Shown piece by piece: positions 1 through 10,158 of a stretch of DNA of 64,000 nucleotides (position 1 is the first letter of the stretch; the number at the start of each line of letters is the position of its first letter). A program made the translations under genes and the position numbers. The notes below the pieces were generated by a model. The model was not told the DNA's origin. It did no database searches and was given only the letters and a program-made list of their open reading frames with translations. Source of the stretch: Alphaproteobacteria bacterium MarineAlpha5_Bin12 (GTDB lineage: Bacteria; Pseudomonadota; Alphaproteobacteria; HIMB59; GCA-002718135); NCBI GenBank assembly GCA_002937855.1, contig PTKS01000001.1:7079-71078 (forward strand), in the 5' to 3' direction.

Positions 1-283
1 GTGGTCCTTAATGGGCGTATTTTTAACTTTTCATCTTGCAGGTGGAAAAGGAGGTATGAAACATATGTTAGAACAGTTTGGGCCTGCTCTAAAGCTTCCT
101 TGGACTAAACTAAAGGCACCAACATTATCAAAAAAACTTTCAAAAAAAATAATTGATGGAACAAAAAAACAATCAAGGGGAGTCTCGATATCAAAGCTTA
201 ATAATATTAGAGATAGGTATTTAATTTCTTTACTTAAAATGAGAAAAAAGTATGAAAGAGAAATTAATGGAAATATTAAGTAA
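1..283 (+). CDS. lcdH: L-carnitine 3-dehydrogenase (3-hydroxyacyl-CoA dehydrogenase family), C-terminal part, truncated by window start
   Basis: WSLMGVFLTFHLAGGKGGMKHMLEQFGPALKLPWTKL matches the C-terminal segment I recognise from carnitine dehydrogenases; betaine/carnitine genes nearby. Confidence 0.75.
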   Translation, partial: WSLMGVFLTFHLAGGKGGMKHMLEQFGPALKLPWTKLKAPTLSKKLSKKIIDGTKKQSRGVSISKLNNIRDRYLISLLKMRKKYEREINGNIK

Positions 284-1271
284 AAATATAGTATTAAAAG
301 ATTATATTCCGACTGGGACACCTTCGACAAAAAATTTTAATGTTCGTGAAATTCCTATAAAAATATCTAAAGATAAAGAAGTTTTAGTAAAAAACTTATG
401 GATATCTGTTGATCCTTATATGCGTACAAGAATGACAGATAGAAAAAACTATATTCCACCTTTTACATTAAACGAACCAATGGATGGTTCTGCGATAGGT
501 GAAGTGATAGAAACAAATTCAAAAATATTTTCTAAAGGTGATTTGGTTTATAGTTTTTGTGGTTGGAGAGATTATTTTGTTACAAATGAAGAAAATCTTG
601 AAAAAATAAAACCAATTGATGTTCCAATACAAGCTTACTTGGGGCCACTAGGTTTTACTGGCCACACAGCTTATGTTGGATTGTTTAATATTGGTAATTT
701 ACAACCAGAAAAAACTGTACTTGTATCATCAGCCGCAGGAGCTGTTGGCTCTATGGTCTGTCAATTTGCTAAAATAATGGGATGCAAAGTAATAGCGAGT
801 ACAGGAACTGATGAAAAAGTTGAATGGTTGAAAAATGAATTATTAGTTGATCATGCTTTTAATTATAAAAAGGTTGAAAATCTAGTTTTGTATTTCAAGG
901 ATAAGTGTCCTGATGGTTTTGATTTTTATTTTGACAATGTTGGTGGTGAATTTTTGGAATCTGTTATTTATCGTATGAAAAACTTTGGTAAAATAGTTAT
1001 TTGTGGAAGAATTAGCCAAATGAATGCAACAAGTCCAACTGGATTGAAGAATATGGCCCATGTACTAGTAAAACGTTTAACAATTAGAGGATTTTTAATT
1101 TTTGACCATTTAAAAGACCGAGCAAAATTTGAAAAGGATGTGAGTAAATGGATCAAGGAAGGTAAACTTCAATGGAAAGAAACTGTTGTGCAAGGTTTGG
1201 AAAATTCCCCAGAGGCATTTGCTAATTTACTAGAAGGTAAAAATATTGGAAAAATGCTTATAAAAATCTAA
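252..1271 (+). CDS. NADP-dependent oxidoreductase (CurA/YncB, prostaglandin-reductase-like MDR); true start may be 267
   Basis: SVDPYMR, SAAGAVGS, FDNVGG and C-terminal GKNIGK motifs. Confidence 0.9.
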   Translation: MKEKLMEILSKNIVLKDYIPTGTPSTKNFNVREIPIKISKDKEVLVKNLWISVDPYMRTRMTDRKNYIPPFTLNEPMDGSAIGEVIETNSKIFSKGDLVYSFCGWRDYFVTNEENLEKIKPIDVPIQAYLGPLGFTGHTAYVGLFNIGNLQPEKTVLVSSAAGAVGSMVCQFAKIMGCKVIASTGTDEKVEWLKNELLVDHAFNYKKVENLVLYFKDKCPDGFDFYFDNVGGEFLESVIYRMKNFGKIVICGRISQMNATSPTGLKNMAHVLVKRLTIRGFLIFDHLKDRAKFEKDVSKWIKEGKLQWKETVVQGLENSPEAFANLLEGKNIGKMLIKI

Positions 1272-1276
1272 AAAAT

Positions 1277-1645
1277 TTAAATAAATTTTTTAAGATCTGG
1301 AGGTGAATAATTAGGTCCTTTCAAAACTTTACCATATTCATTATAAATTGGTTTACCCTCTGCTGATAATTTTGACATATTTGAACGATGTACTTCATTA
1401 AAACATTTATCAATTTCTAAACCCCAAGCTGCAGCCCCACCATAAGTAACTACAAGTATATCCGTCAAAGCATCAGCTACTTCAATAATATCTTTATTTT
1501 TAATAGAATCTTTTAATTCCTGCAATTCTTCTTCGATTAATTTAATTCTTAAATCAATAATATTTTCACTTGGAAATTCTGGTTTTTGTTTTACTTCTTG
1601 ACCAAATGTAGTCATAAATTGTTTTACTTTCTCAAAATTTGTCAT
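1277..1645 (-). CDS. MazG-like/PRA-PH-like nucleoside triphosphate pyrophosphohydrolase
   Basis: LIEEELQEL...EVADALTDIL...EVHRSNMSK...GKVLKGPNY signature. Confidence 0.88.
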   Translation of the reverse strand: MTNFEKVKQFMTTFGQEVKQKPEFPSENIIDLRIKLIEEELQELKDSIKNKDIIEVADALTDILVVTYGGAAAWGLEIDKCFNEVHRSNMSKLSAEGKPIYNEYGKVLKGPNYSPPDLKKFI

Positions 1646-1658
1646 AATAACCTTTCAT

Positions 1659-3104
1659 TTATTTAATTTCTTTAATTACTTCAGGAATCATTTTTATCAA
1701 ATCACTAGCAATTAAACCAGGTCCAAGTTTTAAAGCACAATTTGAATGAATATAACATCCAATTTTTGCAGCTTTAAAAGGATCTTTATAATGCAAAATA
1801 AGCCCTCCTATAATTCCAGCTAAAACATCTCCAGAACCAGCAGTAGCAAGATAAGGAGAAGTTTCATAATTAATTACTACATCCCCCTTTGGAGAAGCTA
1901 TAACTGCATCATTACCCTTGTAAACTATTACTGCATTAGTCATTCGTGAGACTTCAAGCGCATCAGCAATCTTATTGTCAGTAGTATTAAATATTTTTCT
2001 AAATTCTCCTTCATGTGGCGTTAATATTGATTTTGCATTTCTTTTTCTTAACAAATCTAAGAAATGATTTTTATTTTCCATAATCATGGAAAAAACTGAT
2101 GCATCTAAAACCAAATCTATCTCAGATTTTATTAAGAATTCCAATATTTTTATATTTTGGGAGTCATTTTCTATACCGCATCCATAAACAATAGAATTAA
2201 TTTTAGAATTTAGAATATTTTCTTTTAATTCTGCAAAGTTATTATGAGTTACAATCATCTCTTCTAATACATGGGGTCTGAAAATATTTTTTTGAGACTC
2301 CGCAATAAATAAACTACACAGTCCTGCTCCTGATCTCAAAGCTGATTGACCCGCTGAAAGAAATGCAAGTTTAGCAGCTCCAACCAATTTCTCTCCTCCT
2401 ATAATGCCACAACTTCCTCTATCAAATTTGTGCTCACTTAATTTGGGTTCAGCTAATTTTTCAGGATAATTTAATTGTATTTTACTTTCTGAATCTAAAT
2501 CTTTTAAATCTATTTCCATTATATTAACTTTTCCACAATATTCTTTACCCGGCAAAAGCCATTGCCCTGGTTTAAATCGATGAAAGGTTAAAGTTTCATT
2601 TGAGTGAACTGCAGTTTTGAGGAATTTTCCTGTATTAATATTAATTCCAGATGGCATATCAATCGATATAATTATTTTTTTTGAAGAATTAATTGCATTT
2701 ATAAGACTACATAATGAGTCATTAATTTTGTATTTCAGTCCAGTACCAAAAATTGCATCAATAATAATATCATAATTAGCAAGAATAGGACTTTCATTAA
2801 TAATTTTTTTATTATTCAATTCTGAAATAGCTCTTAGAGAATCAGGAGTTTTTGGCTTGGATATTGGAAAAGAAATTTCAACTGCATGGCCTTTTTGCAA
2901 CAAATATTTAGCAATTAAAATTCCATCACCACCATTATTTCCTGGGCCACAGAAAATAAGAAATTTTTTATTTAAAAATTTTTTTATAATATATTTATAG
3001 CAAGCTGATGCAGCCTTTTTCATTACTTCATAACTTTCTGTTACCTTGAAAGTTTCTAATTCAGCTTTTAAGATCAAGTCATAGGTATACAAATGCCTAT
3101 TCAT
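1659..3104 (-). CDS. nnr: Bifunctional NAD(P)H-hydrate epimerase/dehydratase
   Basis: YjeF-N motifs GPGNNGGDG, DAIFGTG, DMPSG; YjeF-C motifs TPHEGEF, ATAGSGDVLAG. Confidence 0.93.
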   Translation of the reverse strand: MNRHLYTYDLILKAELETFKVTESYEVMKKAASACYKYIIKKFLNKKFLIFCGPGNNGGDGILIAKYLLQKGHAVEISFPISKPKTPDSLRAISELNNKKIINESPILANYDIIIDAIFGTGLKYKINDSLCSLINAINSSKKIIISIDMPSGININTGKFLKTAVHSNETLTFHRFKPGQWLLPGKEYCGKVNIMEIDLKDLDSESKIQLNYPEKLAEPKLSEHKFDRGSCGIIGGEKLVGAAKLAFLSAGQSALRSGAGLCSLFIAESQKNIFRPHVLEEMIVTHNNFAELKENILNSKINSIVYGCGIENDSQNIKILEFLIKSEIDLVLDASVFSMIMENKNHFLDLLRKRNAKSILTPHEGEFRKIFNTTDNKIADALEVSRMTNAVIVYKGNDAVIASPKGDVVINYETSPYLATAGSGDVLAGIIGGLILHYKDPFKAAKIGCYIHSNCALKLGPGLIASDLIKMIPEVIKEIK

Positions 3105-3108
3105 TTAT

Positions 3109-3897
3109 TTAAGACATTCTTTCAGTATTACCGTCTACAGGAAAAATTTGTCCTGTAATGTTTTTAGATTCCTTTCCCATTAAAAAAACGCACATATTGG
3201 CTATATCTGATTTTGTTACAAAACCTTTTATTGAGGTCATAGCTTCTAAATTTCTTCTTATAATTTTTTTATTGTTTTTTGTTGATTTTGCCATAGCTTC
3301 TATAACCTTTTCCATTCTAGGACCAGATACGGATCCTGGACATATTGCATTTACTCTTATTTCATATTTTCCAAGTTCCATTGCCACAGTTTTAGTCAAT
3401 CCGATAATGGCCCATTTACTAGCTGCATAAGGAGACCTTCTAGGAAATCCAAAAATACCCGCGGTAGAAGACAAATTAATTATTGAACCATTTTTAGATT
3501 TTTTCATAAGTGGTATAGCTTGTTTAAGAAAGTAAAAATGGCTAACAACATTTATATGAAGTGTGTTTGACCATTCTTTCGAGTCCATTTTTTCAATTAA
3601 ACCTGTAGGACCAGCTATACCAACATTATTTATAAGACAATCAATACTTTTAAATTTTTTTTTAATTTTTTTGAAAAATATAATTACCTCATTTTCATTT
3701 GCTACATTAATGTGTTCACAAAATAATCTTTTATTATATAGGGAATTCTTATGAATATTATTAATATATTTTGTATCGATATCACAAATATATACGTATG
3801 CCCCAAGACTTAAAAATTTTTTAGCAATTTCCAAACCCAATCCTGAAGCTCCGGCAGATATGACTACTTTTTTTCCTTTAAAAGTTTTTAGAACCAT
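3109..3897 (-). CDS. Short-chain dehydrogenase/reductase
   Basis: AGASGLG, NNVG, YAASK catalytic motif, NAICPG. Confidence 0.92.
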   Translation of the reverse strand: MVLKTFKGKKVVISAGASGLGLEIAKKFLSLGAYVYICDIDTKYINNIHKNSLYNKRLFCEHINVANENEVIIFFKKIKKKFKSIDCLINNVGIAGPTGLIEKMDSKEWSNTLHINVVSHFYFLKQAIPLMKKSKNGSIINLSSTAGIFGFPRRSPYAASKWAIIGLTKTVAMELGKYEIRVNAICPGSVSGPRMEKVIEAMAKSTKNNKKIIRRNLEAMTSIKGFVTKSDIANMCVFLMGKESKNITGQIFPVDGNTERMS

Positions 3898-3902
3898 TGA
3901 GT

Positions 3903-4934
3903 TTAGGTTTTGGTAAGAGAAAACGCTAATTCTTTTTCAGTGATATATCCTTTGGTATTTCCTTGTTTATCAACAACAACTATCGTGGATCTGTTTTCAA
4001 GAACTTCTGGTAAAAATTCTTCTATATAGATATCTTCATGAACTTTAAAAGTATTAGAAAGTGTTTTATCTTTTCCATTAAATTTTTCTGAAGATATCAT
4101 AACAGTCTTTGCTCTTAAAACCTTAGAACGATTTACATCTTTAACAAAAGCTTTTACATAATCATCTGCTGGGTTTAAAATTATTTCTTCCGGCCTTCCT
4201 ACTTGTACTAATTTTCCAGCATTTAAAATCCCTATATGATCTCCTATTTTTAGAGATTCATCTAAATCATGCGTAATAAAAACTATTGTTTTTTTTAACT
4301 CCGATTGTAATTCTAAAAGTTGTTTTTGCATATCACTTCTTATTAAGGGATCTAAGGCACTAAATGCTTCATCCATTAAAAGAATTCCAGGATTCGGAGC
4401 TAAAGCTCTAGCCAACCCAACTCTTTGCTGCATACCTCCAGATAACTGACTTGGATATTGATGTTCAAATCCTTGTAATCCAACGGCTTGAATTTGAGAT
4501 TGAGCAATTTCATTTCTTTCATTTAATTCTTTACCTTGAATTTCCAAACCATATGCAACATTTTGAATAACTGTTTTGTGAGGAAATAATCCAAAGCGTT
4601 GAAATACCATGCTCATTTTACTTTTTCTAAAATCAATTAATTCTTGTTCTTTTAAATCCATTACATTTATGCCATCAACAAAAACTTTACCGTGTGTTGG
4701 ATCTATCAATCTATTAATATGTCGAATCAAAGTAGATTTTCCAGAACCTGATAAACCCATACAAACAAAAGTTTCACCCTCTTCAATTTTAATCGAAACA
4801 TCATCTAAACCAACTGTATGGCCAGTTTCTTCTAAAATTTCCTCTTTAGTAGCTCCATTTTGAACCATTGGAAGGACACTGGAAGGATCATTTCCAAAAA
4901 TTTTATAAATGTTATTTATTTCAATTTTTGGCAT
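3903..4934 (-). CDS. proV: Glycine betaine/proline-type ABC transporter ATP-binding subunit
   Basis: GLSGSGKS Walker A, LSGGMQQR, DEAFSALDP; start set at MPKIEI (4934). Confidence 0.88.
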   Translation of the reverse strand: MPKIEINNIYKIFGNDPSSVLPMVQNGATKEEILEETGHTVGLDDVSIKIEEGETFVCMGLSGSGKSTLIRHINRLIDPTHGKVFVDGINVMDLKEQELIDFRKSKMSMVFQRFGLFPHKTVIQNVAYGLEIQGKELNERNEIAQSQIQAVGLQGFEHQYPSQLSGGMQQRVGLARALAPNPGILLMDEAFSALDPLIRSDMQKQLLELQSELKKTIVFITHDLDESLKIGDHIGILNAGKLVQVGRPEEIILNPADDYVKAFVKDVNRSKVLRAKTVMISSEKFNGKDKTLSNTFKVHEDIYIEEFLPEVLENRSTIVVVDKQGNTKGYITEKELAFSLTKT

Positions 4935-5952
4935 AATTTTTCTTTTTCTTTTTTGGAGGTTGTGTTCTTTCTTGTATTTTTTCACCATAAGCTTGTGTTA
5001 TTCTGTCAAATACAATTGCTAAAAGAACTATTGCTAAACCAGCTTCAATAGAGGAGCCAACATTCAATTGTTGTAAACCCAATAAAACTTCATCTCCAAG
5101 ACCTCTGGTTCCTATCATTGATGCTATGACAACCATTGCTAAAGCCATCATAGTACACTGGTTAATACCTTGCATTATATTTGGCAAAGCAAGTGGTAAT
5201 TGAACACCCCATAGCTTTTGTTTTTTATTTGCTCCAAATGACTCAGCAGCCTCTATAACTTCTTTATCAACAAGTCTTATACCCAAGTCTGTTAAACGTA
5301 TAAGTGGTGGGCAAGAATATATGAATATTCCTATAATTGCAGGTATAGCTCCAAGTCCAAATAGAATTATTCCTGGAATAAGATAGCAGAAACTTGGAAT
5401 TACTTGCATTAAATCAAGAATGGGTAAGATGGCATTTCGAACTTTTGAATTTCGTGCCATTGCAATTCCTATTGGAATTCCAACTATGACACATAACAAT
5501 ATTCCTATTAAAACGATTGTGGTTGTTTCAATTGCTTTATCCCAGAAACGTGGATTTAAAAACCCTATACAGAAAAGACAAAAACCAACAAACATTGTTG
5601 TCCCAACTTTTTTTCCACTTGAAAAATAAGTAATTGCAACAACTAAAAGAATTACTAATGGCCAAGGTAAATCAACTAATAAATTTTTAATTATTGAATA
5701 TGCTCTTAATAATGCATAACCAATCGCATCAAAAATTAATCCATATTTTGCACTAAACCATCTCCAACCATCATTTATCCAAACCATAAAAGGTACATCT
5801 AGCCATTTAGGAAAATTATTTAACCAGCCAAAATCTGTGAAGAGTTCTTTAACGCTATCAGGTTTTCTTTTTGATGAAAGATAGCTAACTACTATTAATC
5901 CAACAAAAATTGCTAAATAAAGGATATTAAGATATTTTGAATATTTTTTCAT
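4921..5952 (-). CDS. proW: Glycine betaine/proline-type ABC transporter permease
   Basis: PILDLMQVIPSFCYLIP, EAA loop (EAAESFG), MVVIASMIG. Confidence 0.88.
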   Translation of the reverse strand: MKKYSKYLNILYLAIFVGLIVVSYLSSKRKPDSVKELFTDFGWLNNFPKWLDVPFMVWINDGWRWFSAKYGLIFDAIGYALLRAYSIIKNLLVDLPWPLVILLVVAITYFSSGKKVGTTMFVGFCLFCIGFLNPRFWDKAIETTTIVLIGILLCVIVGIPIGIAMARNSKVRNAILPILDLMQVIPSFCYLIPGIILFGLGAIPAIIGIFIYSCPPLIRLTDLGIRLVDKEVIEAAESFGANKKQKLWGVQLPLALPNIMQGINQCTMMALAMVVIASMIGTRGLGDEVLLGLQQLNVGSSIEAGLAIVLLAIVFDRITQAYGEKIQERTQPPKKKKKNYAKN

Positions 5953-5972
5953 ATTACAGATTTTAATTTACT

Positions 5973-5992
5973 GGGGGGTTATTGAACCCCCC
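5973..5992 (-). terminator. Stem-loop between binding-protein and permease genes (terminator or mRNA stabiliser)
   Basis: GGGGGGTT-ATTG-AACCCCCC perfect inverted repeat. Confidence 0.65.
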
Positions 5993-6012
5993 TGTAAAAC
6001 TTTAGTAATAAA

Positions 6013-7038
6013 TTATAAAGTGCCTCTTATTTTAGTTGCAACATCAGAAGGTACCCAGTCTAACCACTCAGAGTTATTTTCTAAATACCACATTGCTGTT
6101 GATTCCATATCTCCTCCTGACACATCCACATAATAAGCTAGTAGATTATTAACTGTTTCAGTAGGTAAAGAGTAACCTTTTATGAACTCAGCTACTTCAG
6201 GATTTTCTGCAGCCCAATCAGCTCTTACTGTTTTTGTTAAAGCCATATCTTTATACTCGCATGCACATGAAGGTTTGTATGCTTCAAAGCCATTAGCTTT
6301 AATATCTTCTACAACAACTGACATATTTTGCCAACAATCTGAATCATACTTTGGCTCTTCAAGTCTGACCATATCTATTTCTGGCTTACCCATTAAACTT
6401 GTTGGAGTCCAATAGTAAGAAAATACTGGCTTACCTTTTGCAAAACCACCCGCGATAGCAGCATCTAATGCGCCACCTGAACCTGGATCAAAATTTGTAT
6501 ACATTTCATCTAGTCCATACTCTTTTAGCTTAACATAATTAATTGTGTAACATGTCCAACCAGAGATACAACTTGTAAGTCTACCTTTTGATGGGTCTTC
6601 AGGATCTTTAAATAACTCCCAAACTCCTGGTTTCTTCATGTCTTCAACACTTTTTAAACCATGAGCTTCTGCAGTTGCTCTATCCACCCAAAAAGCTTGT
6701 TCAGAAGCCGGTGTGTTAACACCCATATGAATGATACTTCCATCTGCAAAGTGAGGTTTTAATAATTCTACTAAGTTATCTTCCCATAACTCAGTAATAA
6801 CTTGAATTTGACCATCAAAAAAAGCAGCCATGATAGGCGTTGTGCTTCCTTTAGATACCTGAACATCACAGCCAAAACCTTTCTCAATTACATATGAAGC
6901 AATAGCTGTATGAACATTTGCACTATCCCAGTCAAAATCACCAAGATGTGCGCTGCACTTTGCATTTGCACTTGTTGCATTTAAAGACAACCCAGCAGCA
7001 AATACTAAAGATGCAGATAAAATTTTTAGAAATTTCAT
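6013..7038 (-). CDS. Quaternary amine/histidine-type ABC substrate-binding protein (ProX/HisX-like)
   Basis: Signal peptide; FKDPEDPSKGR, SGWTC, FDPGSGGALDAAI, YYWTPT; GGAGG RBS before ATG 7038. Confidence 0.85.
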   Translation of the reverse strand: MKFLKILSASLVFAAGLSLNATSANAKCSAHLGDFDWDSANVHTAIASYVIEKGFGCDVQVSKGSTTPIMAAFFDGQIQVITELWEDNLVELLKPHFADGSIIHMGVNTPASEQAFWVDRATAEAHGLKSVEDMKKPGVWELFKDPEDPSKGRLTSCISGWTCYTINYVKLKEYGLDEMYTNFDPGSGGALDAAIAGGFAKGKPVFSYYWTPTSLMGKPEIDMVRLEEPKYDSDCWQNMSVVVEDIKANGFEAYKPSCACEYKDMALTKTVRADWAAENPEVAEFIKGYSLPTETVNNLLAYYVDVSGGDMESTAMWYLENNSEWLDWVPSDVATKIRGTL

Positions 7039-7160
7039 GAAATTTCCTCCCAATTTAGTTTAAACTGTGCCTATTAAACAAAAATATAAGAATAAAACAA
7101 CCCTTATTGATTAAAAATTTTGAAGTAATTGATTAATTATTAAGCTAAAAACAAAATAAT

Positions 7161-8057
7161 ATGCATTTTTTAAGTAAATATCCCAATTCTGCAGTTATAT
7201 TTGCGAGTTTTATCTGGGGTACTTATTGGATTCCTCTAAGATACATTAATCAAAATGGAAATGAATCTGTTTGGCCCCTATTTTTCGCATTTGGATTATT
7301 GTCACTTATTCTAATAAAAACAATAATAAATTTAATCACAAAATTATTTTACAAGAATGATAGATACTTTATTTTAGGAAATTTTTTTGCAGCCCTAGCT
7401 ATGGCTTTATATTCTGAGTCATTGCTAAGGGGAGAAATAGCTGAAGTTGTAATTCTTTTTTATTTGTGTCCAGTATGGGGAACAATATTTGCTAAAATTT
7501 TTCTTAAACAAAACTTTAATCTTCAAAGATATATCTCGCTTATTTTAGGATTAATTGGATTAGAAATTATTCTTGGATTTGATCAAGGATATTTTTTTCC
7601 AAATTCATATACAGAATGGATTGCTCTTTTCGCAGGATTATCCTGGTCATTAGGGATAACTTTTTTTCATTTATCAAAACCATCAAGTGTAATTGAGAAA
7701 ACCGCTTTTACATCATTTATAATGGCTTTTATTTTTTTATTTATATCCTTTATCCCTGGAGGCAGGGAAGTGAATTTTGAATATCAAATTTATTTATCAG
7801 CAAATCTTTTAATTTGGATTGCATTATTTTCTTTTTGTTGGCTTTTGCCGTCAATGTATTTGACTTATATAAGTGCGGAAATACTGGATCCTGGGAGAAT
7901 TAATATTCTATTGATGTTTGAAGTTATAATTGGAATTTCAACTGCAGCATTATTAACAAATGAAGTTATAGGAATAAGAGAAGTTATTGGTGCAGTAATT
8001 GTAATATTTGCAGGTACAATAGATTTAATAAAATTTAATAATTTTATTAGACATTAA
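7161..8057 (+). CDS. DMT/EamA family permease
   Basis: About 10 hydrophobic segments; WGTYWIPLR, LFYLCPVW, FEV motifs. Confidence 0.85.
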   Translation: MHFLSKYPNSAVIFASFIWGTYWIPLRYINQNGNESVWPLFFAFGLLSLILIKTIINLITKLFYKNDRYFILGNFFAALAMALYSESLLRGEIAEVVILFYLCPVWGTIFAKIFLKQNFNLQRYISLILGLIGLEIILGFDQGYFFPNSYTEWIALFAGLSWSLGITFFHLSKPSSVIEKTAFTSFIMAFIFLFISFIPGGREVNFEYQIYLSANLLIWIALFSFCWLLPSMYLTYISAEILDPGRINILLMFEVIIGISTAALLTNEVIGIREVIGAVIVIFAGTIDLIKFNNFIRH

Positions 8058-8949
8058 AAGGTTCTTTTTTTACGACTTGATTTGTATTAATTCTTTCTCT
8101 GTAAATAATGTAAATACCACTAACAATAATTAAAAAACCTCCAAATAAAACTGTTGCTCTTGGTATTTCACCAAAAATAATGTAGCCCAAAATAATAACC
8201 CAAATAAAAGCAGAATATTCAAATGGTGTTATTATAGCTGTCTCAGCTCTCTTAGCAGCTTGAGATAAAAAATAATGGCCTAAAGAACCCATAACACCAA
8301 GACTCAACAAAAAAATTAATTCTATACTATTGGGAATTTTAAAATCAGAAGGAAAAAATAAAATTGCTGTTGTTAAAAGTGCTAAAGAATAATAAAAAAT
8401 TATTGAAATACTTGAATCAGTTTTCATAATAAATCTAAGTGAGAGATATGAAAATGCCATAAATACAGCTGAACCTATAGGTAGCAAAGATTCAATTTTA
8501 AATAGATCCGAACCAGGCTGAACTATTACTAATACTCCAATGAAACCAAGAATTACTGCAGCCAGTCTTTTAATACCAAGCTTTTCGCCTAAAATAGGCA
8601 CTGCAAGAACTGTAGCTATGATTGGGCCACTATGAGCCAAAGCAACATTTTCAGAAAGCAGTAAAAATTTTAGGCCAAAAAAATAAAGCACCACAGTTGC
8701 TACAGCTGAAAAGGAACGAATCAAATGTGCAATTGGTTTAGTGGTCTTCAATGTTTTTATTCCAAATTTTAAAACCAACAAAATAGATATAATCATTCCA
8801 CTAAAAGCCCTAAAAAAAATTACTTCCCAAACTGGAAATTTTTGGTTTAACCATTTTACATTTACATCATTAACGCTTAAACAAAACATCCCCAAAATCA
8901 TAAATAGAATTCCAATAAGTTGTTGATTATTTATATAAAATTTTTTCAT
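8047..8949 (-). CDS. DMT/EamA family permease
   Basis: About 10 TM segments; PILGEK, GFIGVLVIVQPG, PFEYS. Confidence 0.88.
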   Translation of the reverse strand: MKKFYINNQQLIGILFMILGMFCLSVNDVNVKWLNQKFPVWEVIFFRAFSGMIISILLVLKFGIKTLKTTKPIAHLIRSFSAVATVVLYFFGLKFLLLSENVALAHSGPIIATVLAVPILGEKLGIKRLAAVILGFIGVLVIVQPGSDLFKIESLLPIGSAVFMAFSYLSLRFIMKTDSSISIIFYYSLALLTTAILFFPSDFKIPNSIELIFLLSLGVMGSLGHYFLSQAAKRAETAIITPFEYSAFIWVIILGYIIFGEIPRATVLFGGFLIIVSGIYIIYRERINTNQVVKKEPFNV

Positions 8950-8997
8950 AAAACTGTTTACAAATATTTAATTTTACTTCAAGAATGAACTAAATTA

Positions 8998-10140
8998 ATG
9001 CACGATACAATAAAAATAAAAAATATTAGTAATAATAAATCATCATTATCAATAGAATGGAATGATGGTGAAAAAAGTAATTTCAATTTTCTTTGGTTAA
9101 GGGATAATTGTCCTTCTGATATTCATCCTACAGCAAGGGAACGTCAGTTTAACTTAAAAGATGTAAGTGAAAATATTAAACCTGAATCATTTAATTTAGA
9201 AAATAATAAAAAAATTAAAATTAAATGGAGCGAGGGTAATCATGTTAGCTTGTATGATATAGGCTGGCTTAGACGACATTGTTATACAATTAACAATAAC
9301 AAAGAATATGTTTCTCCCTATAAATTATGGGATAAAAATCTTTCTCAAAATTTTGAAAAAATTACAGCGGAATATGAAGAAGTGATGGAGACTGAAGAAG
9401 GTTTGATTAAATGGTTAGAAAAACTTCATCATTATGGAATTTGCATTGTAAAAAATACTGTAACTTCAAAAAACTCTGGATTTGAAATCTTAAAAAGAAT
9501 TAGCCACACTAGACAAACATTTTTTGGGACACCTTTTGAAGTAATAAATATTCCTAATCCAAACAACCAAGCTTATACAGCAAAAGGCCTTTTTAATCAT
9601 ACCGATTTACCCTATTTTGAATCAGCTCCAGGATATCAATTCTTACACTGTTTAGTTAACGATGCAACAGGTGGAAATTCTTCAATGGTAGACGCCTTTA
9701 AAGTTGCGGATTATTTTAAAAAAAATGATAAAGAAGTTTTTAAAACTTTAGTTGAAACTTCAGTAAAATTTACTAATAATGACTACACTCAAGAAACTAT
9801 AAGAATAGGTCACTCCCCATTAATTAATCTTAATAAAGACAATGATTACAATGATATTAGATTTAGTGTAGCTCAAATGGGTGTTTTAGACTGCGCCCCT
9901 GATGTAGTAGAAAAATTTTATAAATCTTATCAAAAATTTGCAAAATTATTACATAGTAAAGAATATCTTGTTGAATTTAAACTTGAAAAAGGTGATCTCT
10001 TTTGTTTTAACAACCGTAGAGTAGTTCATGGTAGGACTGAATTTAATCCAAATTCTGGTCATCGTCATTTGCAAGGATACTACATTGATAGAGATGAAAT
10101 ACTTGGTAGAATGAATTATCTTAAAAAAATGGAACTGTAA
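8998..10140 (+). CDS. Gamma-butyrobetaine dioxygenase-like Fe(II)/2-oxoglutarate dioxygenase
   Basis: N-terminal WLRDNC (GBBH-N-like) domain, HTD iron motif, FNNRRVVHGR, RHLQGYY. Confidence 0.82.
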   Translation: MHDTIKIKNISNNKSSLSIEWNDGEKSNFNFLWLRDNCPSDIHPTARERQFNLKDVSENIKPESFNLENNKKIKIKWSEGNHVSLYDIGWLRRHCYTINNNKEYVSPYKLWDKNLSQNFEKITAEYEEVMETEEGLIKWLEKLHHYGICIVKNTVTSKNSGFEILKRISHTRQTFFGTPFEVINIPNPNNQAYTAKGLFNHTDLPYFESAPGYQFLHCLVNDATGGNSSMVDAFKVADYFKKNDKEVFKTLVETSVKFTNNDYTQETIRIGHSPLINLNKDNDYNDIRFSVAQMGVLDCAPDVVEKFYKSYQKFAKLLHSKEYLVEFKLEKGDLFCFNNRRVVHGRTEFNPNSGHRHLQGYYIDRDEILGRMNYLKKMEL

Positions 10141-10158
10141 TTATTTTTTTTAACTAAC

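Noticed and set aside
6013-7038. Possible TMAO-binding protein TmoX
   Set aside because: Lacks the HNWSSQ-type N-terminal motif I associate with TmoX; resembles the HisX/ProX group.
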